A stretch of DNA of 53,985 nucleotides from a virus (Duplodnaviria; Caudoviricetes): the IMG/VR virus record IMGVR_UViG_3300045996_001810, positions 1 to 53,985 of that record; one strand, written 5' to 3'. Numbering within the stretch: position 1 is the stretch's first letter; every line of letters starts with the position of its first letter. Below the pieces are notes generated by a model. It saw only the letters and a list, made by a program, of their open reading frames with translations. It was not told the DNA's origin and ran no database searches. The translations under genes and the position numbers were made by a program. Positions 1 to 8,699 of this stretch are shown here, in pieces.

Positions 1-126
1 ACGCGCTGCAGGCCGTGAACCTCTCCGCGGCCGCCGCGGTCGAGGTCGCGCTCGACGGACTCGAGGGCTGAGCCGTGTGGGTGATGACCACGCGCGGCTT
101 CTACAGCGCCGTCCAGCACCGCGACC
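1..126. repeat. Terminal direct repeat, identical to 53855-53980 (circular assembly overlap)
   Basis: Exact match of 1-126 to 53855-53980; last 5 nt of the window diverge; ORF at 75 restarts at 53929. Confidence 0.93.
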
Positions 127-533
127 GGCCGGGGCACGTCATGGTCCGGGCGCGGTGCCGCGCCGACCTCGATCGGCTCCTGGAGATCGTGCAGGTCGAC
201 CCGGCCCCGGAGATCGTCGCGACCCTCACGAACGCGGACTACCCCTACCGCGTGACGATGAGCGCGCCCGCGTGGGAGACCGCGCTCTACATGCTCGTGC
301 AGGAGATCACCTACCCGAACTTCAAGCACGCGGTCGCCCAGGAGCAGGGGGAGGCGCGGGAGCGGGTCTACATGCGGTGCTGGGGGGCGCTGCTAGCGAT
401 CGAGCAGGAGGACGGCGGGGTGGCCGCCGCGAAGGCGCTGCAGGCCGGCTACGCGGTCGACACAGGCTGGTGCGAGCACGAGGACTGGTGCATCCGCGCG
501 CCCGGCCACGACGGGGCCTGCGCCCCCTTCTAG
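75..533 (+). CDS. Phage hypothetical protein (MW..T.GFYS.V / VRAR / DYPYR / Y.NFK pattern)
   Basis: 152-aa ORF with GC3-rich codons; motif pattern recalled from phage hypotheticals. Confidence 0.75.
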   Translation: MWVMTTRGFYSAVQHRDRPGHVMVRARCRADLDRLLEIVQVDPAPEIVATLTNADYPYRVTMSAPAWETALYMLVQEITYPNFKHAVAQEQGEARERVYMRCWGALLAIEQEDGGVAAAKALQAGYAVDTGWCEHEDWCIRAPGHDGACAPF

Positions 534-742
534 TCGTCGAGGGGCCAGCCGGCCGCGATCAGCACCTCGACCGCCTCCCCGGGGAGGCGGTCCGCGTCGA
601 TCGCGTCGCGGAGGCCGTCGATCGCGTCGCCGTCGTCCCGGGTGCGATCGGGGGAGACCCCCGCGACGCGCAGCGCGAGCCCCTCGGTCCACTCGACCAG
701 GAGCACGTCGCCCACGTCCGGATCATGGTCAGGATGCGCCAT
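530..742 (-). CDS. Small acidic protein directly after the ART toxin domain; candidate immunity protein
   Basis: ATG at 742 with GGAGG RBS at 749-753; 70 aa, D/E-rich; function inferred from position only. Confidence 0.6.
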   Translation of the reverse strand: MAHPDHDPDVGDVLLVEWTEGLALRVAGVSPDRTRDDGDAIDGLRDAIDADRLPGEAVEVLIAAGWPLDD

Positions 743-756
743 CTCGAGCCTCCAGG

Positions 757-3700
757 CTAGACGATCATCTCGACGTAAAGCACGGTCGCCCCGCCGGTCT
801 CCTGCCGGTCCAGCACGAGGAACTGGCTGCCGCGGGGCAGGATGACCTCGTTCTCGCCCGGGTGGCTCGAGCCGCCAGTGGTGTTCGCCCAGAGGCCCTT
901 CGCGCCGGCGGGCATCAGGATCTTGAGGTGCACCTGCCCCGACCAGGTGCCGCCGTTCACGCTCGAGCTCAGGAAGCCGTTGTCCTGGATGACCTGGCCC
1001 TTGTGCGCGTGCTGCTGCCAGCCCGCGAGCGTGGTCTTGCGGGAGAGCACGACGGGTTCGGGGATCGGGTCGGTCTTCGCGATCGCCGCGTCGAGGCGGG
1101 CGGCCTTCTGCGCGATGCTGACGCTGCCGACTCCCTCCGTCGACCGCAGCTGCGAGTTGATCTCGCTGTAGAGCCCGTTCGTGTAGCCGCTGACCGCGTC
1201 GCGCTCGGGGGCGGTGAGGCGCGCCTGGTTGTCGGCCTGCCACTTCTGGAAGGCGGCGCCGGCGGCGCTGTCGGTCTTGACGCCTGCGAACTGGGCGGGC
1301 GGCTCGTTGCCGCCGTACATGGCCGGGCCCTTGGGCTTCGCGGGCGCCTTCGCGGCGGCGCTGGGGGCGCTCGCGGCGGGCTTGAAGGCGTCGACGTGCG
1401 CCTGGCGCTCGTCGGCGGGCGGGACGTAGACCTTGCCGGGGGCGGCGCCCTGGGGGACCTCGACCTTGCCGCCGGCGGCGGTCCAGGCGGTGAGGTATCC
1501 GGTGTAAGCGTCGGTGTCGGGGTCGAGGACGGCGAGCTGCCCGTCGAGGGTCTCGAACGCGGCGCCCTTGGGCATCTCGGAGAACTTGAAGCCCTGGCTG
1601 GGCTGGAGCTTGGGGCCGATGGTCGCGGCGGTCGGCTTCTCGAGGCCGGGGGAGGGGGTCGCCGGGTCCTTGGCGGTGATGGGGGAGCCGTCCGCCTTCG
1701 TGACCTTCAGCGGCGCCTTGTAGCCGCCGTAGAGCTTCGTCTTCCCGTTCGACGCCTGCACCTTGACGTGCCCCAGCGGCGTGATCTCCTGCACGGTGTA
1801 GATCCAGCCGCCCTTCTTGTACTGGATCTTGTCCCCGGGCTGCAGGTCGAGGTCCTTGAGCTTCACCGCGTCGGTGTTCATCTGCCAGCCCTTGATGGGC
1901 TTCCCGGGCTTGGCGGCGGCGGCGATCTGATCCGCCACCGCATTCGCGACGTCGGGCGCCGGCGTGGCGGGAGCGGAGGGGACGCTCGAGGCGAACACGG
2001 GCTGCGAGGGCGCCGCGGGCACGGTCACGCCCGATGGCGTCTTGAGCAGCACGTCGCCGTTCCCGTTGACGCCCACTACTTCGAGCGGCGGGCCGTCGTC
2101 CGGCGCGATCTTGACCAGCGCGCCCGGCGCGTAGTCGCTCACCTTCGCGCCCGCCGGGGCGGCCATCAGCGGCGGCCCGTCCGCGGGCTTGGGCTTGGCG
2201 GCCGCGGCGGTCTGCTTGATCGCGGCGGCCGTGTCCTGGTCGCCCTTCGCGGCGTGGTACTCCGCGGCCTTGATCGCGAGCTGGACCTTCGCGAGGGCCT
2301 TCTCGAGGCCCTGCTTCGCCGCCGACGAGTTCGGCGCGGTCTTGTACGCCTTCTCGGTAAGCGCGCCCTGGATCGCCGCCTCGAGATCCTGCAGGCCCTC
2401 CTCGTCGGCCTGCAGGTCGTGCTTGACGACCTGGTAGTCGACGCCGCCCTTCTTCATCGTGTGCGTCGTCGTCGACTTGTACTTGATCGCCTTCTCGAGC
2501 TTGCGCGACGGCGCCGGCGAGGCCAGGTCGCCGGTGTACGTGCCGGCCACGGTCTCGACGACGCCGAGGGGGATGCCGCCGATCGCGACGATGAACCGGC
2601 CGCTCTCCGGATCCCGCGGGTGGTCCGCCGGGTTCCAGTCCTTCGCCAGCGCGAGGACCTGGTCCTCGGAGTCGAGGGCGACCGGGTCGCCGTCCGCGTC
2701 GAGCGTGACCTTGTGGACGGGCTGCGCGGTGTGCTGCACGATCGCGCGGATCTCTGACTCGCCGAGGCCGGCGTCTGAGAGCTCGACGATCTTCTGCAGC
2801 ACGTCGAGGCGCCGGGCGACGACCTCCCGCTGCCCCTGACCGGGGAGCGCGCCCACGACGGCGTTACGCTTCCCGAGGACGTCGCGGGCCTGGTCGAGGA
2901 TCTGCGGCCAGGACAGGTGCCCGAACACGGGGGCGCCCTGCGCGCTCTCGCGCAGGCTCCAGAGCTCCAGCGGCGCCTCAGACAGGCTGTGCTTCGGCTG
3001 CCCCTGCGCGCGGTAGCGGAGGCCGGCGCCGTTGTCGATCCGGACCGGCGTCCCGTCGTCGCGCACGAGAATGTTGTCCTGGGTGAGGCCGGCGACGTCC
3101 CAGTTGGCCAGGACCGCGTCGGCGACGAAGTGCTTGCCGATCCGGGCGACCGCCCGGACCTTCTCGTGCCCGCGCAGGTTCCCGAGCGGGGTCGCGGCGC
3201 CGACGTGCCGGGCGACCTTCACCGGCCCGTGCTCGGTCTTGTGGAGCTGGCTGTCGGGGACGGGGACGCCGAGCGCGCGGTAGGCGCGGTCGGTCGCGTC
3301 CTCCTCGAGCAGGTGCCCGACGTGCGTGCCCTTCTTCGTCACGTACAGGTTCCCGGCCGGGTCGGACCGCAGCTGCGCCCCGGTGGAGCCGCCGAGCTTG
3401 GCGACCTCCTTGAGCGTGTCGGGGTGCGGCGTCTTCGGCGCGAACTTCCCGGCCGGCGTGCGGGGGTGCTTGGCCTCGAACTCCGCGTCGAGATACCACG
3501 CCTCGAGGGCGGCCTGGTCCTCGAGGTTGGCGGGGGCCTCGTCGTTGAGCTCGTAGAAGAGCATGCACCGGCAGCGGTCCCAGCCGTAGCAGAACGGGTT
3601 GGGGACCGGGGCGAGGGCGGGGTCGTCGAGCTGACGGAGGACGTTGTCGTCGGCCTGGGCGCAGGCGGGGCACCGGTTCGCGTCCAGGATGGACGTGTAG

Positions 3701-5877
3701 CGGGCGCCGCGGATCTCGTCGGCGAAGTCCTCGGCGGCCATCGCCCGGCCCGCGTTGAGCGCGGAGCTGGCGTTGGCTGTACCCTCGGCCTTCGCGCGAC
3801 CCGTACCGGCTTGCTCGCCGGCGGCCCGGGCGGCCTCTGGCGGGGCCCCGTTCAGCCGCCGGCGCGCGACCGTCTGCCAGACGGCGGTGATGACGGCTTT
3901 GGCGGCGAGCCACCCGGCCTTCTTGACCGGGTCGGGCGCGCCGTCGTCGGCGAGCGCGAACACGGTCTCGGGCCAGATGGCGGCGAGCTCGCGGCGGCGC
4001 TGGCCGTGCAGCTCGCGCTCCACGGCGGCGCGGCCGGTCGCGTGCAGGTCGAGCAGGATGCTCGTGTAGGCGTCCGTGAGCCCCGTGGGCGGCTCCTGCG
4101 GCCCGTCGAGGACGATGGTGGGGGAGAGGGCCGCGTCGCTCGCGGCGGCGCTCACGTAGCTCGCAGCGGCCGCCTCGAAACGCACCCGCGCGCTGTCGAG
4201 CGCGGCCCGGATCGTGTCGACGTCGACGTAGAAGTCGTGCGCGGCCGGCTGCCGCGGCTGGGGGGCGTCGAGGGTGTGGGTGCCGCCGCACCGGCAGGCC
4301 TTGCCCTCCTCGGCGTCGTGGCCGCAGTCCTTGCACCGCTTCCCGAGGACGGGCGTGGTGATCTGCAGGTCGGTCGTGTCCTCGGCCAGGGTGCGGGCCT
4401 TGCGGGAGACCTTCTTCTTCTCCCGCTTGACCGTCTTCGAACCGTCCGCGCCGCGCTTCTCCGTGACCGCCTCGTGGACCTCCTCGCCGTCCTCGCCCAC
4501 GGCGGCCGGCTGCGCGGAGGCCTGAAGTTCGGCCTGGCGGGCCTCCTCCTCGGCGGCCTTGCGCTCCTCCCGCGCCTTCGGGTCGGCGGCGGGGAGCTTG
4601 CCGACCTGGCGCAGGTGATCCTCGAGCGGGTCGTCCGCGAAGATCGCGCCCGCCCCGACCAGCTCGGCGACGTAGGTCTTGAGCTGCTCCAGGTCGCTGT
4701 CGCCCAGCGTCATCCGGAGGGCGGGGCAGGGGACGTCCGGGCCGTAGTTGAGCGTGACGAGCCGGCGGACGATCATCTGCCCGACCTCGTTGGCGTAGAT
4801 CCCACCGAACGCGCCCAGGGCCGCGGTGAAGGGGTCGCTCTGGCTCTCCGCGGTGGAGAGGGCGCCCTTGCTGCCGGAGCCCTGCCCCAGGCGCATGAAG
4901 TCCTCGCTGAAGGCGGCGCGGATCGCGTCCCGGTGCCCGTTGATCGTCGTCCAGGCGTCCCGCTTGCCGCCGCCGCCCGCACCGCCGAGGCCCATGATCT
5001 CGAACCGCCAGCCCATCTCGGGGGCCTGGTCGGCGTGCGGGCCGGGCATGATCAGGTACGCGAGCTCGCCCGCGCGGAGCAGCGCGAGCTTGCCCTCGAG
5101 GTCGGCCATCGCGCCGGGGTCCTGCGCCCCGCCGGGCGGGGGGTAGACGACGGGGAGGCCGATCGCCTCGCGTTCCTGGCCGAGCGCGTCGAGCCGTTCG
5201 GTGCCGTCCTTCAGGCTCCAGGCCTTGTAGACGGGCCGCAGCATGGAGCGGCCTTCCCAGTTGTCGCCCTCGGCGTTGACGCGGTAGTAGAGGAGGTCCT
5301 GCCGGTCGAGGTCGACGTACGCGCCGCGGCTGGTGACGAACTGCTGCAGGCCGGTGAGGTCCCCGCCCGTGTCCCTGTACCACCGGTGGATGGTGCGGGG
5401 GAGCAGGACCATGAACTTGCGGGGGGTGAGCAGCTGCCGGCCGTCGTCGCGCTTCGCCGAGGTCCAGGTGACGTCGCAGGGGAGGAAGCCGGAGCGGGCG
5501 AGCATGTTCGCGGTCTCGGCGAGGTGCTGCCCCCAGGGGGTGCGATTCGGGGTGTTCTGGGCGTAGGTGCCCATGCCGAGCGCCCATTCGACGTCGTCGG
5601 CGACCTGGCGGGCCTCGTCGTCGGCTTCCTCGCCGCCGTACGGCTCCGCGCTCCAGGTGGCGCCGACGACGGGCGCGGTCCACATGCGGACGGCGCCGTA
5701 GACGTCGGCGTCGGTCCAGTACATCTCCTCGAACTTGTCGAGGCCGGCGCGGCCGATGAGGGCGTTGTTGAGCTCGTCGTGTTCGAGGAAGCCGTCCGTG
5801 TGGTGGCGGCCGGAGTCGGTGCGTGGCCTGTCGACCGCGGGGCGTCTGCGGAGGAGGCGGTCGAGGAGGTCGCCCAT
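757..5877 (-). CDS. Portal protein fused to MuF-like head morphogenesis domain, kinase-like domain, beta-rich repeats and C-terminal VIP2-like ADP-ribosyltransferase
   Basis: N-terminal Mu gp29/DUF935-like portal (NWEGRSMLRPVYKAW; LVTLNYG); MuF Cys motifs (LDANRCPAC...NPFCYGWDRCRC); kinase-like DAVLANWDV...DNIL...RIDNG; ART R-S-E motifs (LSRK, FLSSS, GENEVILPRG). Confidence 0.85.
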   Translation of the reverse strand: MGDLLDRLLRRRPAVDRPRTDSGRHHTDGFLEHDELNNALIGRAGLDKFEEMYWTDADVYGAVRMWTAPVVGATWSAEPYGGEEADDEARQVADDVEWALGMGTYAQNTPNRTPWGQHLAETANMLARSGFLPCDVTWTSAKRDDGRQLLTPRKFMVLLPRTIHRWYRDTGGDLTGLQQFVTSRGAYVDLDRQDLLYYRVNAEGDNWEGRSMLRPVYKAWSLKDGTERLDALGQEREAIGLPVVYPPPGGAQDPGAMADLEGKLALLRAGELAYLIMPGPHADQAPEMGWRFEIMGLGGAGGGGKRDAWTTINGHRDAIRAAFSEDFMRLGQGSGSKGALSTAESQSDPFTAALGAFGGIYANEVGQMIVRRLVTLNYGPDVPCPALRMTLGDSDLEQLKTYVAELVGAGAIFADDPLEDHLRQVGKLPAADPKAREERKAAEEEARQAELQASAQPAAVGEDGEEVHEAVTEKRGADGSKTVKREKKKVSRKARTLAEDTTDLQITTPVLGKRCKDCGHDAEEGKACRCGGTHTLDAPQPRQPAAHDFYVDVDTIRAALDSARVRFEAAAASYVSAAASDAALSPTIVLDGPQEPPTGLTDAYTSILLDLHATGRAAVERELHGQRRRELAAIWPETVFALADDGAPDPVKKAGWLAAKAVITAVWQTVARRRLNGAPPEAARAAGEQAGTGRAKAEGTANASSALNAGRAMAAEDFADEIRGARYTSILDANRCPACAQADDNVLRQLDDPALAPVPNPFCYGWDRCRCMLFYELNDEAPANLEDQAALEAWYLDAEFEAKHPRTPAGKFAPKTPHPDTLKEVAKLGGSTGAQLRSDPAGNLYVTKKGTHVGHLLEEDATDRAYRALGVPVPDSQLHKTEHGPVKVARHVGAATPLGNLRGHEKVRAVARIGKHFVADAVLANWDVAGLTQDNILVRDDGTPVRIDNGAGLRYRAQGQPKHSLSEAPLELWSLRESAQGAPVFGHLSWPQILDQARDVLGKRNAVVGALPGQGQREVVARRLDVLQKIVELSDAGLGESEIRAIVQHTAQPVHKVTLDADGDPVALDSEDQVLALAKDWNPADHPRDPESGRFIVAIGGIPLGVVETVAGTYTGDLASPAPSRKLEKAIKYKSTTTHTMKKGGVDYQVVKHDLQADEEGLQDLEAAIQGALTEKAYKTAPNSSAAKQGLEKALAKVQLAIKAAEYHAAKGDQDTAAAIKQTAAAAKPKPADGPPLMAAPAGAKVSDYAPGALVKIAPDDGPPLEVVGVNGNGDVLLKTPSGVTVPAAPSQPVFASSVPSAPATPAPDVANAVADQIAAAAKPGKPIKGWQMNTDAVKLKDLDLQPGDKIQYKKGGWIYTVQEITPLGHVKVQASNGKTKLYGGYKAPLKVTKADGSPITAKDPATPSPGLEKPTAATIGPKLQPSQGFKFSEMPKGAAFETLDGQLAVLDPDTDAYTGYLTAWTAAGGKVEVPQGAAPGKVYVPPADERQAHVDAFKPAASAPSAAAKAPAKPKGPAMYGGNEPPAQFAGVKTDSAAGAAFQKWQADNQARLTAPERDAVSGYTNGLYSEINSQLRSTEGVGSVSIAQKAARLDAAIAKTDPIPEPVVLSRKTTLAGWQQHAHKGQVIQDNGFLSSSVNGGTWSGQVHLKILMPAGAKGLWANTTGGSSHPGENEVILPRGSQFLVLDRQETGGATVLYVEMIV

Positions 5878-5882
5878 CGCAG

Positions 5883-5891
5883 GCGACTATC
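5883..5891 (-). promoter_or_regulatory. GATAGTCGC late-promoter motif before portal (one of 18 copies; others start at 6417,10976,11532,20478,20763,24213,29114,29897,31385,33086,37362,38779,44008,45589,46353,48324,48833)
   Basis: Identical 9-mer, same strand, fixed short spacing to start codons. Confidence 0.8.
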
Positions 5892-5907
5892 CGCGCCGCC
5901 CGAGGGA

Positions 5908-6411
5908 TCAGGAGGCCGGGCCCCAGACGAGCAGGACGCACCCGAACGGCGGCCGCTCGTTCGGCTTGACCTCCAGCGCGTCGGGCGCGATGAAGCGCGG
6001 CCGGCCCGCGAGAAACTCGGTCCGGAGGCGCCCGCCGCGATCGCGCCATGGCTCGACGTGACGCTGCCACCAGCCCTGCTCGGTGCGGTTGGCCGGCAGG
6101 AGCATTGCGATCAGCTCGGCCTCGGTCTCGCGATGTGCCTTGATGACCCAGGGCTCGATCGAGCTGTACGGGGGGTTGCACCAAACGCGCTCGCCGGCCC
6201 AGGACTGCGCGAGGCCGTCCTCGACGGGCCCGTAGAACCGCTTGCACTTCGCGTTGTGCGGGAGCGCGCAGACGTCGATCGTGAACCCGAAGCGGAGGTC
6301 GAGGGGGCCGAAGGTCTCGGGCGTGGTCGCACGGTCGTCGACCTCGGGCCGGGCGCCGCGCGCGGTGAGCTGCTGCGGGTGGTTCTGGGCGCGGAAGCGA
6401 GCGAGCGTCAT
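5908..6411 (-). CDS. Phage Dam-like DNA N6-adenine methyltransferase
   Basis: TPETF...FTIDVCA...DGLAQSW.GERVWCNPPYS signature. Confidence 0.88.
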   Translation of the reverse strand: MTLARFRAQNHPQQLTARGARPEVDDRATTPETFGPLDLRFGFTIDVCALPHNAKCKRFYGPVEDGLAQSWAGERVWCNPPYSSIEPWVIKAHRETEAELIAMLLPANRTEQGWWQRHVEPWRDRGGRLRTEFLAGRPRFIAPDALEVKPNERPPFGCVLLVWGPAS

Positions 6412-6581
6412 GCGCGGCGACTATCGGGCCGGGGCGGGAGGACGCTGGTGGGCAGGCTCGCGTTGCACGAGCGGCAGCCGATCCCCGGGCTGCCCTCCAT
6501 CGCCCGGCGGTCGCGTTCGGGGACGAGCTCGAAGCCGCAGCGGCGGCAGTGGTCCGGCGGCTGCCCGTGCTTCCAGCCCAT
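6408..6581 (-). CDS. Small zinc-ribbon protein
   Basis: 57 aa with CRRC and CRSC; start overlaps the upstream stop (TGATG). Confidence 0.5.
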   Translation of the reverse strand: MGWKHGQPPDHCRRCGFELVPERDRRAMEGSPGIGCRSCNASLPTSVLPPRPDSRRA

Positions 6582-7246
6582 CAGGCGATCCGCTCCTGGC
6601 GGTCTTCCCACTCCGCGCCGGCGAAGAGGTCGGGCTGGGCGCTGTACTCCTCCCACGCGCGGCCGACCGCGCCGGACCCGGGGAATATGTCGTCCATCGT
6701 GTCGCCGCCGCGGGCGCCGAGGCAGTCGAAGAGCCAGTGGCAGAACGCGCGCGGCTTCATGCCGATGACGGCGCCCTTGGGGGCGCCGCCGGCCTTGAAG
6801 GTCCACTGTTCGGGGCTGAGTAGGAGCCAGTCGCGGACCATCGGGGCTCGGCGGGCGCGGCGGCGGCCGCCCCAGAGCAGGACGGGTTCCCAGCCGAAGT
6901 CGACGCTGACGCCGGGCTTCATCGGGGTCATGGGCTTGCACCAGGCGAGCACGCGGATCCCGGCCGGGCAGAGGGGTAGGACGTCGGGGAGCATGCGCGC
7001 GCCGGTGCAGAGGACCCAGCCGTGGGGGTAGTCGCGGGCGAGGCGGTCGACGAGCTCGCGGTGATCGACCTCGCCGCCGTAGTCCTCGTGGGCGCCGTAG
7101 TGCCGGCGGGCCTGGCCGGGGTAGGGCGGGTCGGCGAACGCGAACCGGAGTGGGCCGGCGTGCTCGGGCTGGCGGATGGCGGCCTCGGTGAGGCCGCGGT
7201 GCCGGCGCTGGCTGCGGGTGAGCTCGATCGGGGCGGGGTCGGTCAT
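6581..7246 (-). CDS. DNA N6-adenine/N4-cytosine methyltransferase (beta-class motif order)
   Basis: FADPPY catalytic motif precedes DIFPGSG SAM-binding motif. Confidence 0.82.
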   Translation of the reverse strand: MTDPAPIELTRSQRRHRGLTEAAIRQPEHAGPLRFAFADPPYPGQARRHYGAHEDYGGEVDHRELVDRLARDYPHGWVLCTGARMLPDVLPLCPAGIRVLAWCKPMTPMKPGVSVDFGWEPVLLWGGRRRARRAPMVRDWLLLSPEQWTFKAGGAPKGAVIGMKPRAFCHWLFDCLGARGGDTMDDIFPGSGAVGRAWEEYSAQPDLFAGAEWEDRQERIA

Positions 7247-7461
7247 CGGGCCTCGTCGGGCTGGTAGGTGATGCGCTGGTAGGTGCAGACGCCGCCGCGG
7301 GCGGTGTAGTCGCGGACGTCGGCGACGCGGGTGACGCGGCCGGCGCGGCGGCCGTCGATGTGGAGGACGTCGCCTTCTGGTTCGGCGCGGATGGCGAGGC
7401 CGAGGCGGGGGAGCCGGTCGGGGTCGACCTCGAGGTCGCCTTCGACGTGGGCGAGGGTCAT
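7243..7461 (-). CDS. Hypothetical protein
   Basis: 72-aa ORF with ATGA overlaps at both ends. Confidence 0.6.
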   Translation of the reverse strand: MTLAHVEGDLEVDPDRLPRLGLAIRAEPEGDVLHIDGRRAGRVTRVADVRDYTARGGVCTYQRITYQPDEAR

Positions 7462-7643
7462 GCGAGGGCCTCGTCGATCGCGTCGCGGAGCTGGGTCAGC
7501 TCGTCGGCGTAGAGCCGGAGCGGCCGGTCGACCTTGACCTCGAGGACGGCGGGCGGGTAGAAGCCGAGGCCGGCGCTCTCGTCGCGCTCGGGCGGTCGGA
7601 GGATGAGGTCGCCCTCCTGGAGGGCGTGCGTCCTGTTCAGCAC
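7458..7643 (-). CDS. Hypothetical protein
   Basis: Protein-like C-terminal part of the listed 7458..8003 ORF; GTG start overlaps upstream gene end. Confidence 0.5.
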   Translation of the reverse strand: MLNRTHALQEGDLILRPPERDESAGLGFYPPAVLEVKVDRPLRLYADELTQLRDAIDEALA

Positions 7644-7861
7644 CCGAGCGCCTCCCCGAGCGCGTCGTAGTCGCGGGTGAGGCCGACGTCGGCGACGCTC
7701 ACGGGCTCCGGCGGGCTGAAGTCGTGGTCCATGCGGAGGAGGTCGATGTGGGCGTCGTCGAGGGTGAGCCGGCAGATGGCGCGGCTGTCGACGGGGGTGG
7801 CGGGGCTGAGGGTGACGCCGGGGGCGACGTCGACCGTGCGGAACAGGGCGGCGTAGTGCAT
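7637..7861 (-). CDS. Hypothetical protein
   Basis: 74 aa; GGAGAGG RBS. Confidence 0.65.
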   Translation of the reverse strand: MHYAALFRTVDVAPGVTLSPATPVDSRAICRLTLDDAHIDLLRMDHDFSPPEPVSVADVGLTRDYDALGEALGC

Positions 7862-7918
7862 GGGTTTCCTCTCCGGGTGGGTCCGGGCCCGCGGGGGCGG
7901 GGCTTGACGGTGTGAAGG

Positions 7919-8128
7919 CTACGCGGCCTCGCGGACGGTCTCGGCGGTGGCCTGCATCTGCGCGAGCACGACGGCGGCGCGGTGAGCGTGCACGAACGCC
8001 CACGCGGCGGCCTCGCTCTCGAAGTGGTGGTGCCGGAACCCGGCGGGGGTGCGTTCGACGGCGGTCCAGTCGCAGGTGCCGTTGCCGCGGTGCGGGCGCT
8101 GCCGGTTCTCGAACGGGTCGCCGATCAT
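7919..8128 (-). CDS. Hypothetical protein
   Basis: ATGA overlap with 8125..8364. Confidence 0.55.
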   Translation of the reverse strand: MIGDPFENRQRPHRGNGTCDWTAVERTPAGFRHHHFESEAAAWAFVHAHRAAVVLAQMQATAETVREAA

Positions 8129-8364
8129 GCGCAGGAGCCGTCGCAGTAGACGGTCTGGCCCATCGGGTCGTGCGGCCCGGCCGGGTGGCCCTCGCACTCG
8201 GCGGGCGTGAGCCGGGCGACCTCCTCGTCGGTGATCTCCTGCTCGCGATCGGCCTGCTCCTCCGCGTTGGCGGCGTTGAGGTAGGCGCTGTCGGTGGCGA
8301 GGCGGCGCATGACGGCGCGGTCGACGGCCTTCTCGATCTGCGCCTCGGTGAGGGTGCTGGTCAT
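8125..8364 (-). CDS. Hypothetical protein, leaderless
   Basis: 79 aa; ATG 6 nt after a consensus -10. Confidence 0.7.
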   Translation of the reverse strand: MTSTLTEAQIEKAVDRAVMRRLATDSAYLNAANAEEQADREQEITDEEVARLTPAECEGHPAGPHDPMGQTVYCDGSCA

Positions 8365-8370
8365 GCCCGA

Positions 8371-8399
8371 ACCGTAACGCCTAGGGTTGACGGTGTCAA
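8371..8399 (-). promoter_or_regulatory. Housekeeping-sigma promoter TTGACA-17-TACGGT with overlapping palindrome TTGAC-N3-GTCAA
   Basis: -35 at 8394-8399, -10 at 8371-8376, palindrome at 8387-8399. Confidence 0.82.
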
Positions 8400-8419
8400 G
8401 GGTCTACCGGGGGGAGTCG

Positions 8420-8656
8420 TCATAACGCATGTTCTCGCGCGTGACGCTCGCGCACCCGGCGCGCCTCCGCGCGCTCCAGGAGGTCGATCCGCTGCCGGCG
8501 CACCTCGAGCAGCTCGTCCTTCTCGTGGATCTCCTCGTGCAGCTGGTCGATCTCCCGCTTGCGCGCGTTCAGGAGCCGGGTCATGCGGGCGGCGAGGATC
8601 GCTAGCACGAGGACCTCGGTCGCGTTGAGCAGGGCGTTGAACTCCGGCCAGGTCAT
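8420..8656 (-). CDS. Small protein with N-terminal TM segment and coiled coil, leaderless
   Basis: VLVLAILAA followed by heptad-like charged helix; TAGGCT 6 nt before ATG. Confidence 0.65.
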   Translation of the reverse strand: MTWPEFNALLNATEVLVLAILAARMTRLLNARKREIDQLHEEIHEKDELLEVRRQRIDLLERAEARRVRERHAREHAL

Positions 8657-8699
8657 GCGGCGAGCCTACGCGCCTGCACGCCGTCAAGTGTGACGGGAC

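Noticed and set aside
862-6768. Long plus-strand ORFs (631 and 1283 aa) and the 1089-aa alternate minus frame
   Set aside because: Shadow ORFs of the portal fusion caused by high GC; low-complexity Arg/Gly/Pro translations without motifs
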